DNA of 63,193 nucleotides, filler included, from Reclinomonas americana ATCC 50394 (Eukaryota): NCBI GenBank assembly GCA_048213135.1. It is 19 parts of 16 records of this genome, joined end to end, with 100 filler letters (N's around TTAATTAATTAA, not from the genome) between each part and the next. Parts side by side here need not be neighbours in the genome. Positions count along the whole stretch, not along the records: positions 50,649 to 56,209 come from AFZH01016753.1; positions 56,310 to 60,339 come from AFZH01016754.1; positions 60,440 to 61,603 come from AFZH01016755.1; positions 61,704 to 63,193 come from AFZH01016758.1; 15 more parts are not named here. One strand, 5' to 3'. A model generated the notes under the pieces. It worked only from the letters and a program-made list of their open reading frames with translations. It made no database searches and was not told the DNA's origin. How positions within the stretch are numbered: position 1 is the first letter of the stretch; each line of letters begins with the position of its first letter. The position numbers and the translations under genes are program-made. Below are positions 51,944-63,193 of this stretch, piece after piece.

Positions 51944-54283
51944 TCACTGCCCCCGGTTGTCAGGCCATCCCAAGAAGTAGAGAGGTGAGCAAGGAGGCGA
52001 GCGCGGAGCATCGCTCGCAGGTGCCGCAGCCTGCTCGGCGGTTCCGGATCCGCTCGCCGGCGCCAACTCGTGCGCACCGGCCTCCAGCGGATCGTCAGCA
52101 CCACCGCCAACGCCATCGCCTGCGTGCGGATGGCCAGCGCGTGCATCGCCAGCTTCATCACCAACACCACCGCCTGCGCGCGGATTGCCAACGCCAGCGC
52201 GCGGATCGCCAGCTTCATCGCCAACGCCACCGGCTGCGTGCGGATTGTCAGCGGGCGGATCACTGGCTCCACCACCGCTTGCGTGCGGTTTGTTGGCACC
52301 ACCGAGCGAGTCACTGGCTCCACTGCGCGGGTTGTCACCACCGTCGCTGACGCGCTGATGAATGACACCACCGTGCGGATCGCCGACACCGACATGTGAC
52401 GACCCAACTTCCGGATTGTCTGATTTGACAGACACTGTGAGAACAATGAAGAGAGACAGTGGATCTTGAAGAAGTGTGTGTATGAGAGACAAGAGAACGA
52501 AAAGGAGACTGTGAGTGTGAGAGAGTGGAGAGAGAGAGAGAGATGAGAACGAACGAGTGGTCGACGAGAGAGAGAGAAAGTATGAGAGAACGAGCACGTG
52601 CGTTTGTGAGAGTGGCTACAGAGACAGAGACAACAAAGAGAGAGAGAGAGGAGGGAGCGAAGTGCGAGAGAGAGAGATGAGCGGTCCACGGAGATGGCAC
52701 GACACATTTTCGCACAATCTCTCTCTCTCTCTCTCTCACGTCAACACACAACAGACGCTCACCCGTCACATCCTTCATCTGAGACCTACACAATGAAGAA
52801 GCACACACACATGACACACGACAAAATCAGACACGGAGGTGACACGCTGGCAAGGCGCAACGGATGACGAAACGATTCGCTTTGCTGCTGAGCTTGATTG
52901 CTGTTCTCAATCGAAGAGCCATCTGAGGACTCGTCCCTGTGCGGTGCGTGAGATGGCCATCGTTCGACAAGACGACCACGATTCTGATGACGCAACGAGT
53001 TTTCACGCTCCCACTGCGGAGCTTCTGACTCGAAGAATGGCTCTCCTCGTAACGGAGGATAACTGTGTGTGTGAGAGAGAGTGAGTGTAAGCAAACACAT
53101 TGTACACAAACACACACACGAAAACATGGACAATACGAAACGGTTGAAGACGCAACTCTTTCCAATGCATGATAAAGGAAGTGGGGGCTGACGTTGGGGG
53201 TTGGATTGGGGGTGGTGGGATCGCTCGGTGGTGCCTGACAAAGATCTGAATGGATCTGAATGATTCTTGGACGGCGACAGGACGTGAATGACGTCATCAC
53301 TACGACGTCGGCCCTGGCGACGGCGCTGTACACCGGCAGGCATGATCACCCACCCTCCCTTTTTCCCGCCTCATTCACCAAAGCATACAACACAAAGGGG
53401 ATTTCTGCACTTTGGTTTCAAATGTACGAAAACAACAGCAGGCCTAGGGTGCAGCGACTGTAGCCACGCTGCCGCGCGCGCTGTGTGCCACAGAGAGTGC
53501 AGGACAGTAGGTTCTCTTCCGTATATGGTGGAGGATTAAGAAGAAGAAGAAGAGCAATAATCGCCAGCGAGCGAGTTGAGCAGCAGAGAAGGGCATGTTG
53601 TGGAGGTGCGTACCCACATAGCCCCTCGCCAGTGCCAACGCGCACAAGTGCCGGCCTCGAACGGAGTGGGTTGGTGGCACTACGGCGACATGCCGTACTG
53701 ACCAGGTGAACGTGGCGAAGTGTGCTCCACCGCCGGCGGTGGACTGTCGTCAGCCGGCATGTCAAAGTCGTACTCACACGACTCTGGACCAGGGTTCATC
53801 GGCTGTGTGTTGTCTGCCGGTGGCAGCGGCGTCGCTGCATCCTCCACGTGCACCGTATCCACTGAGTGCTGCGGAGTCTGAGGCGACAATCGATCGCTGG
53901 CAGCTTCTGGGGAGAACAGATAACACAGCGTCAACACAAAAGTGTGCGGACAGATGCATGCGAGAGTATAACGGGGCGAAGAACAACTCGCTCAGTGACA
54001 GGTCACACACAACAGACACACAGCCCAAACGGGCCAAACATCAACAAAATGCGCTCTCGCTCAATGCCTCTCTCCCTCTCTCCTCCACACACTCACTCGC
54101 TCACCTTGTCCATCATCGACCGGTGAATCACTGTGTACACAGCACAGACACACAAAACGAATAAACAGCAAGGATCAACACAAGGCGATGATGATAACAC
54201 ACGCGCAGCATTTCAAGTGAAAGCTTGCTGTACGGCTCTTGAGCCGCGGCGAAGTGGAACTCTCCTCCTGGATGATCGCTGTG
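51944..54283 (-). CDS. Probable multi-exon gene for a low-complexity, disordered protein
   Basis: Several exon-like segments are flanked by CAG/GT. The last has G/D/A/P-rich repeats (GGVGDEAGDPRAG). No recognisable domain. Confidence 0.4.
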
Positions 54284-55035
54284 ACTGTGCATGTGAGAGT
54301 GTACGTGTGTAAGCGAGAGAGTGAGTAAGGACAACGCGTCAGACAACAACAACACAAACGCGCTCGACACACGCCAACTGGTTGCCTTGCGCTCTTATAC
54401 ACACACACACACCACCACCACACGCACACAAATAGTGGAGAAACGCAACTGCCCGTGACAGCTTGTCATGGCGTGCAGAGAGACGCGAAGAATGATTGGC
54501 CACGATGCTCGCTGGTAAAATCCTGTCGAAGCCGACGTGCAGAGTTGCAATCCGGCGCCCACCGGTGCCGCGGGCATGGCCGGCCAACTGTCCAGTTCTG
54601 TTGTGCCTCAACTGCAATTGACACGTGTATCCCATCGTTAACCACCAGGAAGAGTGGCCCAACAGGCCAACACGAGTGCGCACGATTGACATTGCTGTTC
54701 GCAAACAGTGGAAACTGGTTCCGAAATGCTCAAGCAGGATTTCAGCGTGACACAACAAGTCGCCAAAACACGACCACAATCCCCGTCGAGGCGACGAGAC
54801 TGAGGCACGTCCAGAAAGAAGCGGAGATCGAGAAGTGACGTCGTCTCCTGCAATTATTATTTCTCACTGCATCCAACCTGATCCTAAAACCCGCCACCAC
54901 GTGTACGTCAAGACCCATGCACTGACCCCCAAGAAGAAACACGACAGCTGTCGAGTTGTCGGATCCCAAACACACTCTCCCACAAAAAAGGCGATTCTCG
55001 ACGTCGACGTCAAACCAATAAAACACTCTCACTCT

Positions 55036-56596
55036 TTACCTCCTCCTCCTCCTCCCACTCCCCGCCAACACCCTCAACCTCGCCTCTTCAAACACAAAAC
55101 ACCGCATCACCATCAACGGCAACGGCTCGCCATCCTCCTCCGCCTCCCTCATCTCCCCCACCACCGCATACGCCCTCTTCACCGCCTCCATCTCCCTCTC
55201 CGCATACCACATCGGCACTCGCTCGGCCAGCACCCGCGGCTGCACCGCGCAGCACCCGTCAAAGCACCGACCGCCCATCACCACGTCACCACTCCACCGC
55301 GCACACTCGACCGTCATGTGGAGCCGGATTCTCTCGTAGCCCGGAAACGTGACCTCGGTGTGCGGCACCACCTGCACATCCAGCACCTGCCCCCCTTCCT
55401 CGTCGCGCTCCACCGCCAACTCGTACACAGCCAGTTGCATTTCAATCGCCTCCCCCCTCTTGCGCACGTAGACGAGCAGGTGCGAGCCGGAGGGCGAGAG
55501 GTTAACGCTGCATGCAAACTTCTCGCCGTCCAGCACTAGCAGCACTTGCGCCCTGCCGCTCGGCATGTGCACGGCGTGCACCGATGTGTCGGTGTGACAA
55601 ATCGCAAACGACGCACAGGGCGACACGGCCACGTGGCCGTCGTCCACCACTCCGCACACCTCCGGCACCGACGGTTGGACGCGGTACAGCTGCTCGCCAC
55701 GCTGCACGTCCCACACGAGAATGTCGAGACCATCGTCGCCCTGATGCCGCTGGCGGCGCTCGCTACGCACGCGAAACACCACCAGCTGCTCATCATCGCG
55801 CGCGAACGCCACCTTTTCCAGTCTGCGACACTCCTCCGCGGGAATGGAGAAGAGGAGACGCACTGTGTACGTGTCCTTGCCCGCAGGCGCCACGCTGCAG
55901 ACGAGCACACCAGCCGAGTCGGTCGCCGCCGCCACCACCACCACGCCTGCGGGAGAGGCCGCCAGTGCCATGCTCCGAATCGGATTGCAGCGCCCTTCGC
56001 TATTAAAAGCACCGGCAGTGGCCGCGGCCAGCACATCGTGGTGGACAAGAAGTGCATCTCGCATGCACCGCATTTTGTCGCACTTTTGGCCATCCAGCGT
56101 GGCCATGCGTCGCACCACCACCTTGCCGCCGAAAGAGGCCGCTGCAAAGAACCCGCCGCACGCGGAAAACGTGGAGAGAGTGGCCTCGGTGTCGAATTCC
56201 TCCACACAGNNNNNNNNNNNNNNNNNNNNNNNNNNNNNNNNNNNNNNNNNNNNTTAATTAATTAANNNNNNNNNNNNNNNNNNNNNNNNNNNNNNNNNNN
56301 NNNNNNNNNTGCTGCAGCGCGCCGCTGTGTGCATCAAAGGCCAGCAACAGGCCCTGATTGTTGTTGTCCTCCATAAACGGGCTGTCTTCCCAAGCGTAGT
56401 CAACGGCGCCGCGCCGCCACATGAAGGAGCTGGGGAGGAAGGCAGGCAGCAACACGAAGCGACCGTCGGGCGACACACTCGGTGTGCGATACGTCAAAGA
56501 GCATTCGCGTTCGACCTTGTTGTGCGTAGCGTCGATTCGCATGATGGGGGTGAGGTAGGGTGGGTGGTGGTGGCGAGTGCGTGTGCGGGAGGTCAT
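55036..56596 (-). CDS. Divergent beta-propeller (WD40/YVTN-like) protein with C-terminal helical motif, interrupted by a gap
   Basis: Blade-like motifs SVSPDGRFVL, FSACGGFFAAASFGGKVVV, AFARDDEQLVV..ILVWDVQRGEQLYRV, AVSPCASFAI and NLSPSGSHLLVY; open frame on both sides of the gap. Confidence 0.7.
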
Positions 56597-57010
56597 TTTT
56601 TTGAGCAAGAAAAGAGTTGTCGTGACGGGACGCGAGAATGACGAGACTGGCCGGCGATGTCCAGCAGCAAAGACCAGCAATACATGAACGCAAACACCAG
56701 CCTTGAGCGGTAGCTTCTTGTGTGCGTGTTGTGTTTGTGTGTGGCAATTGCGAATGAACTCGAATTCACGATCGGAAAAACTGGAGCAAGTCAATCTCCG
56801 CACTTTCAACTCGTCTACATCGAATTGCCCTTAAGCTTGCTATTCACCTGCCTGTTCCTCGCCTCGTCCTTCTGCTTCTGCATGCATGACCACTTCAAAT
56901 TGGTTCCGGCGCGAATTTTCCTCACATTTCCCGCCACTTTATCACTTGTCTCACTTCCGCGCGCGCGTGCCTTTCCCCCCCGCTGCACAACTCACTCCCA
57001 TACACACGAA

Positions 57011-59146
57011 ATGGCAAGTTCCCTTCACCGTCGCGCACACAGCGAGAGAGAGAGAGAGTGGGAGAGAAAGAGAGCGAGTTTGTGCGTGCCATGTGCACTC
57101 ACATTTCCACACACGCACGTACACACACAGTCGGACTCTGAAGTGAAGCGATCAGCAAGCTCAGGCTCGGACGGCGAGGCCGAGTCACCCAGCACGTCCA
57201 CCAGCAAGATGAACCGCGCGCCCACCATGAAGTCGGTTTGTGTGTGTGTGTGTGAGTGTGTCAAAATGATCCGGCTTTTTCTGTCTCACACACTCTGTGT
57301 ACAGCGCAACAAGCCCAAGTTGCTGGCGGCCAAGAGCTCACAGGCGGCACAGAATGTGCTGCGCCGCGGCAATGTGCCCAAGTCGCTGACAGTTGCGCGC
57401 GAAAGCATGCATTCGCAGAGGGCAGGGGAGAAGGAGGGAGGGTGTGTGTGAGAGAGAGAGGGTGGAGAAGAGTGCAGTTTGCTCATTGTTTCCTTGTTGG
57501 TGTCTTGTGCTGGCGAGAGAAAGAGATGTGCATATTCTTGCGGGAAAGTGTGCTTCTTCCGCATGTTGTGCATGCTTTCTCTGCGCCTGTCCTCGCATCT
57601 TTTGTGTTGTGCGCGTGATTCCTGTGTGTGCCGGTGTCTTTGATCTTTCCCCATGGTGTGCGTTGCAGCTCGTGTCTCCCGTCGTACGATTTGCGTCGAG
57701 CAAGTCTTCCCAGTTGTGCCTTACCTGGTCGTTTCCCTGCTTTTCCATGTTTGCGTTGCAACTCGTGTCTTCCGTCGCCTGCCCTTGTGTCATTTGTGGT
57801 CTGCGTATCATTTTACTTCTGTGCAAGTCTTCCCAGTGTGCGTTGCAGTCCTTGTTCACTTTTTTGGTCGTTTCCGTACTTTCCCATGGTGTGCGTTGAA
57901 ACTCATGTCATTCGTCGCCTGCCCTTGTGTCATTGCGTGTCATTTTACTTCTGCATTTGCGTCAGTCAAGTCTTCCCAGTGTGTTTTGCCGTCCTTGCCT
58001 TTTGTCGTTCCCTGCATTCCCATCAACTCTCGTCTTCCGTCGCCTTCCCTCATATTGTTTGTGGTTTGCGTTTCATTCCAGTGTGCACTGTCGCCCTCCT
58101 CTGCATGTGAATGTCTCTCTATCTATGCGCATCGTGCGTCTTTTCCTTGTGCGCATCTGTCTGCGTCGTCTCTCCTCTTCGTTATGTTATGCACTTGTTT
58201 CCAGTGTGCGCATTGCCTATTTTTCCCTCTGTCGCCCGCTTCTCATTGTGCTAGTTTCTGTTTCTGGTGCGCATACCTTCGCGCTGTGTATGTCCATTCA
58301 ATGCCGTGTGGCGCGATCCGCTCGCGCATTCTTGCTCGTTGTGCCGTGCTCTTCATTCCACTGCAGCACGTCTGGTCTTCATCTGTCCCTCTGGGGTGCA
58401 CTTTTGAGATGGATCCTGCAGTTGACTTTCTGACTCACGAGACAGAAGCTCTTTGTTCCAGAGAAGTGGCTTTCGTCGTGCGTTTCTCTGTGGACTCTGT
58501 TCGTCTCGCTCTCTCGCGCTGTGTCGCTGTGTCGCTGTGCTTGCTTGCATCCTTTTTCTGTCTCTCGCCCCTCTCTCCACCATCGCTGCATGTTCTGTCT
58601 CGTCAAATCATTCGCTTCTCTCCCCGCAGACCTTTCTCTCGGTTCGTTTCTCGCCCTCTATTTGTGCGTCGCTGTGTGCCAGCAACATGCCAACCGCTCT
58701 GTTCCTTTTTGACCCGCTTCTCCTGTCTCTCTCCCTCTCTCTCCCCTCTCACTCTCAAGTCACTCCTGTCTAGTTGTCTTCGGAGCGAGACTCGATTCCC
58801 CCGTGCCTTGCGTGTCCCTTTGCCCACAATCCCATGTCTCGTTTCTTTTGCACTTTGATGTCGGTCCTTATCCTTTGCCTGTCTCAATGCCTTTTGTCTC
58901 TCGCCCTCCCATCCCTCCCCGTTTCCTTACCCCATTTCTTCCCATTTTCCCGCGAGCGCAGAAGAAGGAGCAGCAGTTCCCGGTCGGCCCGCTTGTGCTC
59001 GGCCTCTTCATTTTTGTGGTCGTTGGCTCTGGTAAGCCAAACACGAAATGCCTTGCACCGCCTTCCCGCGCTCTTCTCACTCACTCTCTTGCGACACAGC
59101 CGTGTTCCAGATCTTCCGCAACGTGCGCTTCGGCTCGACCGACTAA
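57011..59146 (+). CDS. SERP1: SERP1/RAMP4 (ribosome-associated ER membrane protein) with N-terminal extension
   Basis: Spliced ..NVLRRGNVPKSLT|KKEQQFPVGPLVLGLFIFVVVGS|AVFQIFRNVRFGSTD* matches the RAMP4 signature (RGNV.K..PVGP.LL.LF.FVV.GSA.FQI). Confidence 0.9.
57645..58080. repeat. Degenerate 95-140 bp tandem repeat (about 4 units) in the long SERP1 intron
   Basis: TTCCCATGGTGTGCGTTG..CGTCGCCTGCCCTTGTGTCAT..CAAGTCTTCCCAGT recurs at about 57648, 57742, 57882 and 58017. Confidence 0.75.
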
Positions 59147-60745
59147 CAAGGCGGTCGCTTGGTCTGCGTCGACGGGCTGCAGGTGTGCGGACTCGTGCCG
59201 CACATCATCAACATCATTATCATCATCAACAACAACAACAACAAAGAGAAGGGGCAGTGTGAGGTGGCGTTCAACAGTGTGTGTGGTGGACGGGAATGTA
59301 TTGAGATCAGTGGAAGGGAAGACGCTCTGCCGGGGGATGGTATGGTTGCAGTGGGTGATGGTGGGAGGCGGTTCGGAAGAACAACCGCAATCTCGCACAC
59401 CAGTGGATCTGGTGCGCTTGCGTTGACGCTCTCGATCGATTGGTGCACAGACAATCTTCGGAAGGGGGCCAGGGACAGCAAAGCCTGGTTCTGGTCCCAC
59501 GAGAAACCAACAAGGAATACAATGAGAATGCAAACACTGGCACAACTTCATGCAAATCACCATCTTGAGTGAGAACCTGGGAAACAGAGACACCGCGGAA
59601 CGACCTGAGCCGATTGGGAGCGATCGCGATCGATGCTGGCAGTCCCCTCCGGATCCGAGCTGGGTGCGCTCTGCAGTGCTGCAGCACAACTGCATGATGA
59701 TCATCATTTTGAGTGAGCACCAGAAACCGAGACATCCCTGAACCAGAGGAGGTTGTACTGGCAAGAGATGCCAAGGCTTTGACAAACAGGAGTGCAAAAG
59801 ATATCAAGCGGTATTGGTATCTAATGAGAAATGTTGCTTTGTTGTTGAAGTCGAAAGAGATTTGCCGTGCTTGTAGCACGACAAAATGGACAACGCAATT
59901 GCTCTCGCTGCTCTGGCAATCCGTAGTTGACCACTTTGGATACGAAGACAGATGTTGCTTGTTTGTTGGTCTACGATGACTTCGCTGTCTCCTTTGCATT
60001 GTCGAGTCTCACTCTCTGTTCCTCACAACTCATCCCACTCTCCGGCCACCCTCCTATCCCTGTCCTCCTTCCCCTTGTCTTCCCCCCGTGTCGCTTCTCA
60101 GAGTTTTTCCATGTATACTTCCCAACACGCCGCGCGAATGACAAATGGAGGAAAGCAGAGAGTACGCACATAACGATGGACACGACAACATCAACAACAA
60201 CAACGACACCACCACCACCACCACCATCACCGCCAACCCACCAAACAGTGGACAGAAGAAGAAGAAGAAAGCAGAGGCACGAAGCCTCCCGCTCTCCTCT
60301 GCCGCCGACAATGATGATGACCATGGCGTTGCTATTGTTNNNNNNNNNNNNNNNNNNNNNNNNNNNNNNNNNNNNNNNNNNNNTTAATTAATTAANNNNN
60401 NNNNNNNNNNNNNNNNNNNNNNNNNNNNNNNNNNNNNNNATGGACGAGAGAAAAGAGAGCACTGTCAGCACAGAATGGATCCTCACGATAGACCACACTG
60501 CATGACAATCACTCGCACGGAGAGAGAGAGGGGGGAGAGAGGGAGCGTGCGTGAACCAGAGCAACGACATGTCATGTCGCACACGCGCGAAGACACACAG
60601 ACGCAGCGCCTTCTTGCTTGCCTAATCTCTCTCTCCCTGTCCACTGCTCCCTCACACTGCACAGAGAGTGCACACTCCTTCTCTCTCTCCCTCTCCTTCT
60701 CTTCTTATCTCACACTTGCTGATCAATCCCAGAAGCATACTCAAC

Positions 60746-60857
60746 GAGAGTTGGCGTTGGAGATCTCGGTGACCTCATTCGGGTCCATCCAGATACGGCG
60801 CTTGCCGCACTTGAGGACCGCGGCCGCGAGCCGCCTCTGGACTCTCAGGTTCACCAT
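60746..60857 (-). CDS. RPL19: 60S ribosomal protein L19 (eL19), first coding exon only
   Basis: [37 protein letters not shown](R). The ATG is directly preceded by CAG, implying a 5'UTR intron at about 61150-60858. The remaining exons are not visible and probably lie in the gap at 60340-60439. Confidence 0.93.
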
Positions 60858-61204
60858 CTGCGCGACATGACACACACACACAGAGGGAGACAGAGAGACA
60901 CAGTGAGCGTTTCTGTCCATTCATAAATAGGAGGTGGCGTGTAGATAGAGAGTGCGTGCGTGCGTGCGTGCGCGAGAGAGGCGCCTGGCCTTGTGTGGCG
61001 GTGTGTCACATGCACATGTGCATGTGCGCCCTCACAAACACACGCACACACACAGACAAAGTGATCACAGTGACACACGCAGAGTGAAGCTCTTATGGAC
61101 ACGAGAGATGCGAGTGCGTGAGGTGGCTGCGTGCGGAGGGGACTCGGTACCTGTGCGCGCGGAGTGTGTTTTTGAAATGTGGGGAATTCCGCGGTTCATT
61201 CGGT

Positions 61205-61393
61205 TCACTCGGGCGGGGCTGGATACAGATGCACAAGACCGCGACCGCGCCACTGTGTGAGAGAGTGTGAGTGTGTGCGTGAGAGAGAGAGAGTGTGTGT
61301 GTGAGCTGACCTGTCGTGACATATGTGCGCCTTCTGGGCCTCCAAGTCGCCACTGAAAGCTCAGGTCGCCGGTGGTGAGATCGAGGGAGGCCT
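61205..61393 (-). CDS. Possible last two exons of an unidentified gene
   Basis: CAG|..ASLDLTTGDLSFQWRLGGPEGAHMSRQ|GT..CAG|WRGRGLVHLYPAPPE*; phases are compatible but no homology is recognised. Confidence 0.35.
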
Positions 61394-61499
61394 CTGTGTG
61401 TGGGGGGGACAGAGAGGGAGAGAGGGTGAGTGAGAAGAGAGGAGGGAGAGGCAAGGAGAGATCTGGAGGGAAAGAGTGATCGGACATATTGGATCGCAG

Positions 61500-61601
<102 letters not shown>

Positions 61602-61922
61602 GANNNNNNNNNNNNNNNNNNNNNNNNNNNNNNNNNNNNNNNNNNNNTTAATTAATTAANNNNNNNNNNNNNNNNNNNNNNNNNNNNNNNNNNNNNNNNN
61701 NNNGGGAGGGGTGGGTTCATTCTGCAGCAAAACTCAGCCTGCACCGTTGATCTGTGCATTTCCTTCGGGTTCATTCTGCTTCCGAACCCTTGCACTGTAT
61801 CATCTAATCTGGCACCTTGCCATAGCCACTAGATCGTTCACTGACAGGCACTTCCTGTGCCGTTTCTTCGCTTCTCTTGTTTCCTTTCTCACCTCTCGTG
61901 CCCTGCTTCCTTCTTGATGCAG

Positions 61923-62713
61923 TTGTGAATCGAGCGACGAATGTAACGACCTCGGTGATCGTCGACGTGGAGAATCGTTTCCGCTTTCCGTCGTTTGGAC
62001 GCGATGGGCATCAGATGTATCGTGTGGCGTCGGGGGCGTTTGGAACGACAGTGTTGCGTGGTGTGAGAGGGAGAGAGTCAAGATGCCACTCCGTTTTCGT
62101 GCAGGCAGGAGTGCGTCAGATTGAGAAAAGCTCGTACGCATGCCACCACTTGCTGCCTCTGCTCGTCAGCAAGGGCAGTCTGGACATTTGCTCCGTCTTA
62201 TACTCTCTGCGCGTTGTCATCTTTCTTTCACCAAGCACACGCGTACCCTTATCCTCTCGTCACTTCCTTTCTCCATTCCTCCTCCTCTCCATGCCTTCTG
62301 CGCGTTGTCATGTTTCTTTTGCCCTACGCTCTGTTGACTTCCTCTCCTGCCTCCGTTCTCCCTCTCTTCCATTCTCCTACCCTCGTGTCTGCTTGCTTTA
62401 TTCTCTTCTCTCTTCCATACACTCAATGTGTTGGCTACCTTGCTTCTCTGGCTTGTCAACCCCAAAGAATGCGACATAATCGTGCTCTTTGATCTCCCTT
62501 TCCTTCTCCACTGTCCTCCCCCTCTTACCCTTCTCCCTCTCCCGCAGGTTCGCCTACGACGAGGACACCGCGGTGTTTGTGGCGATCAAGAAGCAGGAGC
62601 CACCAGAAGCGGCGTATGCAGACGCCATGTTTGCTGGTGCCGCGGGATTGAGAAGAGCACGGAAATACCTGCGTGAGCTAAAGATCTTGCGCTTCTGTTC
62701 GCCACATCCGTCG
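61923..62713 (+). CDS. MAP kinase-like (CMGC) protein kinase, N-lobe exons; continues beyond the window
   Basis: Spliced VASGAFGTTV|FAYDEDTAVFVAIKK..ARKYLRELKILRFCSPHPS corresponds to subdomains I-IV with a MAPK-type A(K/R)..LRE.K.LR helix C. Confidence 0.8.
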
Positions 62714-63091
62714 GTGCGTATCTTAGAGAGAGAGGGAGACGGATACAGATACGCGCAGTGACAGGAAAGGTGAAGAAGAGCGGCGAGGCGGGAGAAACAC
62801 AGAGAAATACGGTAAGACGAAAAGTGCGAGGAATAGAGGGACAGAAAAATCGAAAGAGAGAGAGAGAGAGAGAACGATCCAGATACGCGCAGCGACAGGA
62901 AGAATGAAGAAGAGAGGTGATCCGGGACAGAAATAGATAGTGAGAACAACGCAAGAGAATGAAACAGACACGCCACGCTATAGAGACGGGAAGAGTGCGC
63001 AAGAGAGAGGGACATAAAGAGACAGTGAGCAGCACAAGAGAAAGCAACGGACACGCTAGAGTGACTGGAAGATTGCGCAAGAGAGGGACAG

Positions 63092-63157
<66 letters not shown>

Positions 63158-63193
63158 GAGACGAGAGAGAGACGACGACGACGACGACGACGA

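Noticed and set aside
57653..58858. 401-aa hydrophobic, Cys-rich ORF
   Set aside because: It lies within the SERP1 intron; the T/C/G-rich repetitive sequence lacks stops by composition and shows no domain.
60858..61150. Possible snoRNA in the RPL19 5'UTR intron
   Set aside because: No convincing C/D or H/ACA box arrangement; the sequence is mostly GT/CA repeats.

Overview
Gene-dense, intron-rich nuclear DNA from a eukaryote, probably a protist; the lineage cannot be named from sequence alone. It is a draft scaffold: most gaps are artificial N-TTAATTAATTAA-N joins, usually beside (GA)n/(CT)n microsatellites, so several genes are incomplete. Genes reconstructed by manual splicing: a copine/RGLG-type vWA protein, a phosphagen kinase homologue with a signal peptide, an intronless WD40 protein, CENP-C, AMPK-gamma/SNF4, two tandem ~7 kb secreted adhesin-like genes (FN3-like/NHL/cadherin-like/PAN), a J-domain protein, a ~19 kb polycystin-1-like REJ-GPS receptor, a homeobox gene, a second beta-propeller gene, SERP1/RAMP4, RPL19 (first coding exon) and the 5' part of a MAPK-like kinase. 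Main observations: (1) a frequent register-shifted 5' splice-site class, GTTG[C/A]G(T), at about 20 donors in 8 genes; (2) tandem adhesins with an NHL propeller inserted inside an FN3-like domain and differences concentrated in propeller loops; (3) a C-terminal motif shared by two otherwise dissimilar propeller proteins; (4) the PLAT-less, apparently 3-TM polycystin-like receptor. All gene models are manual and lack transcript support.
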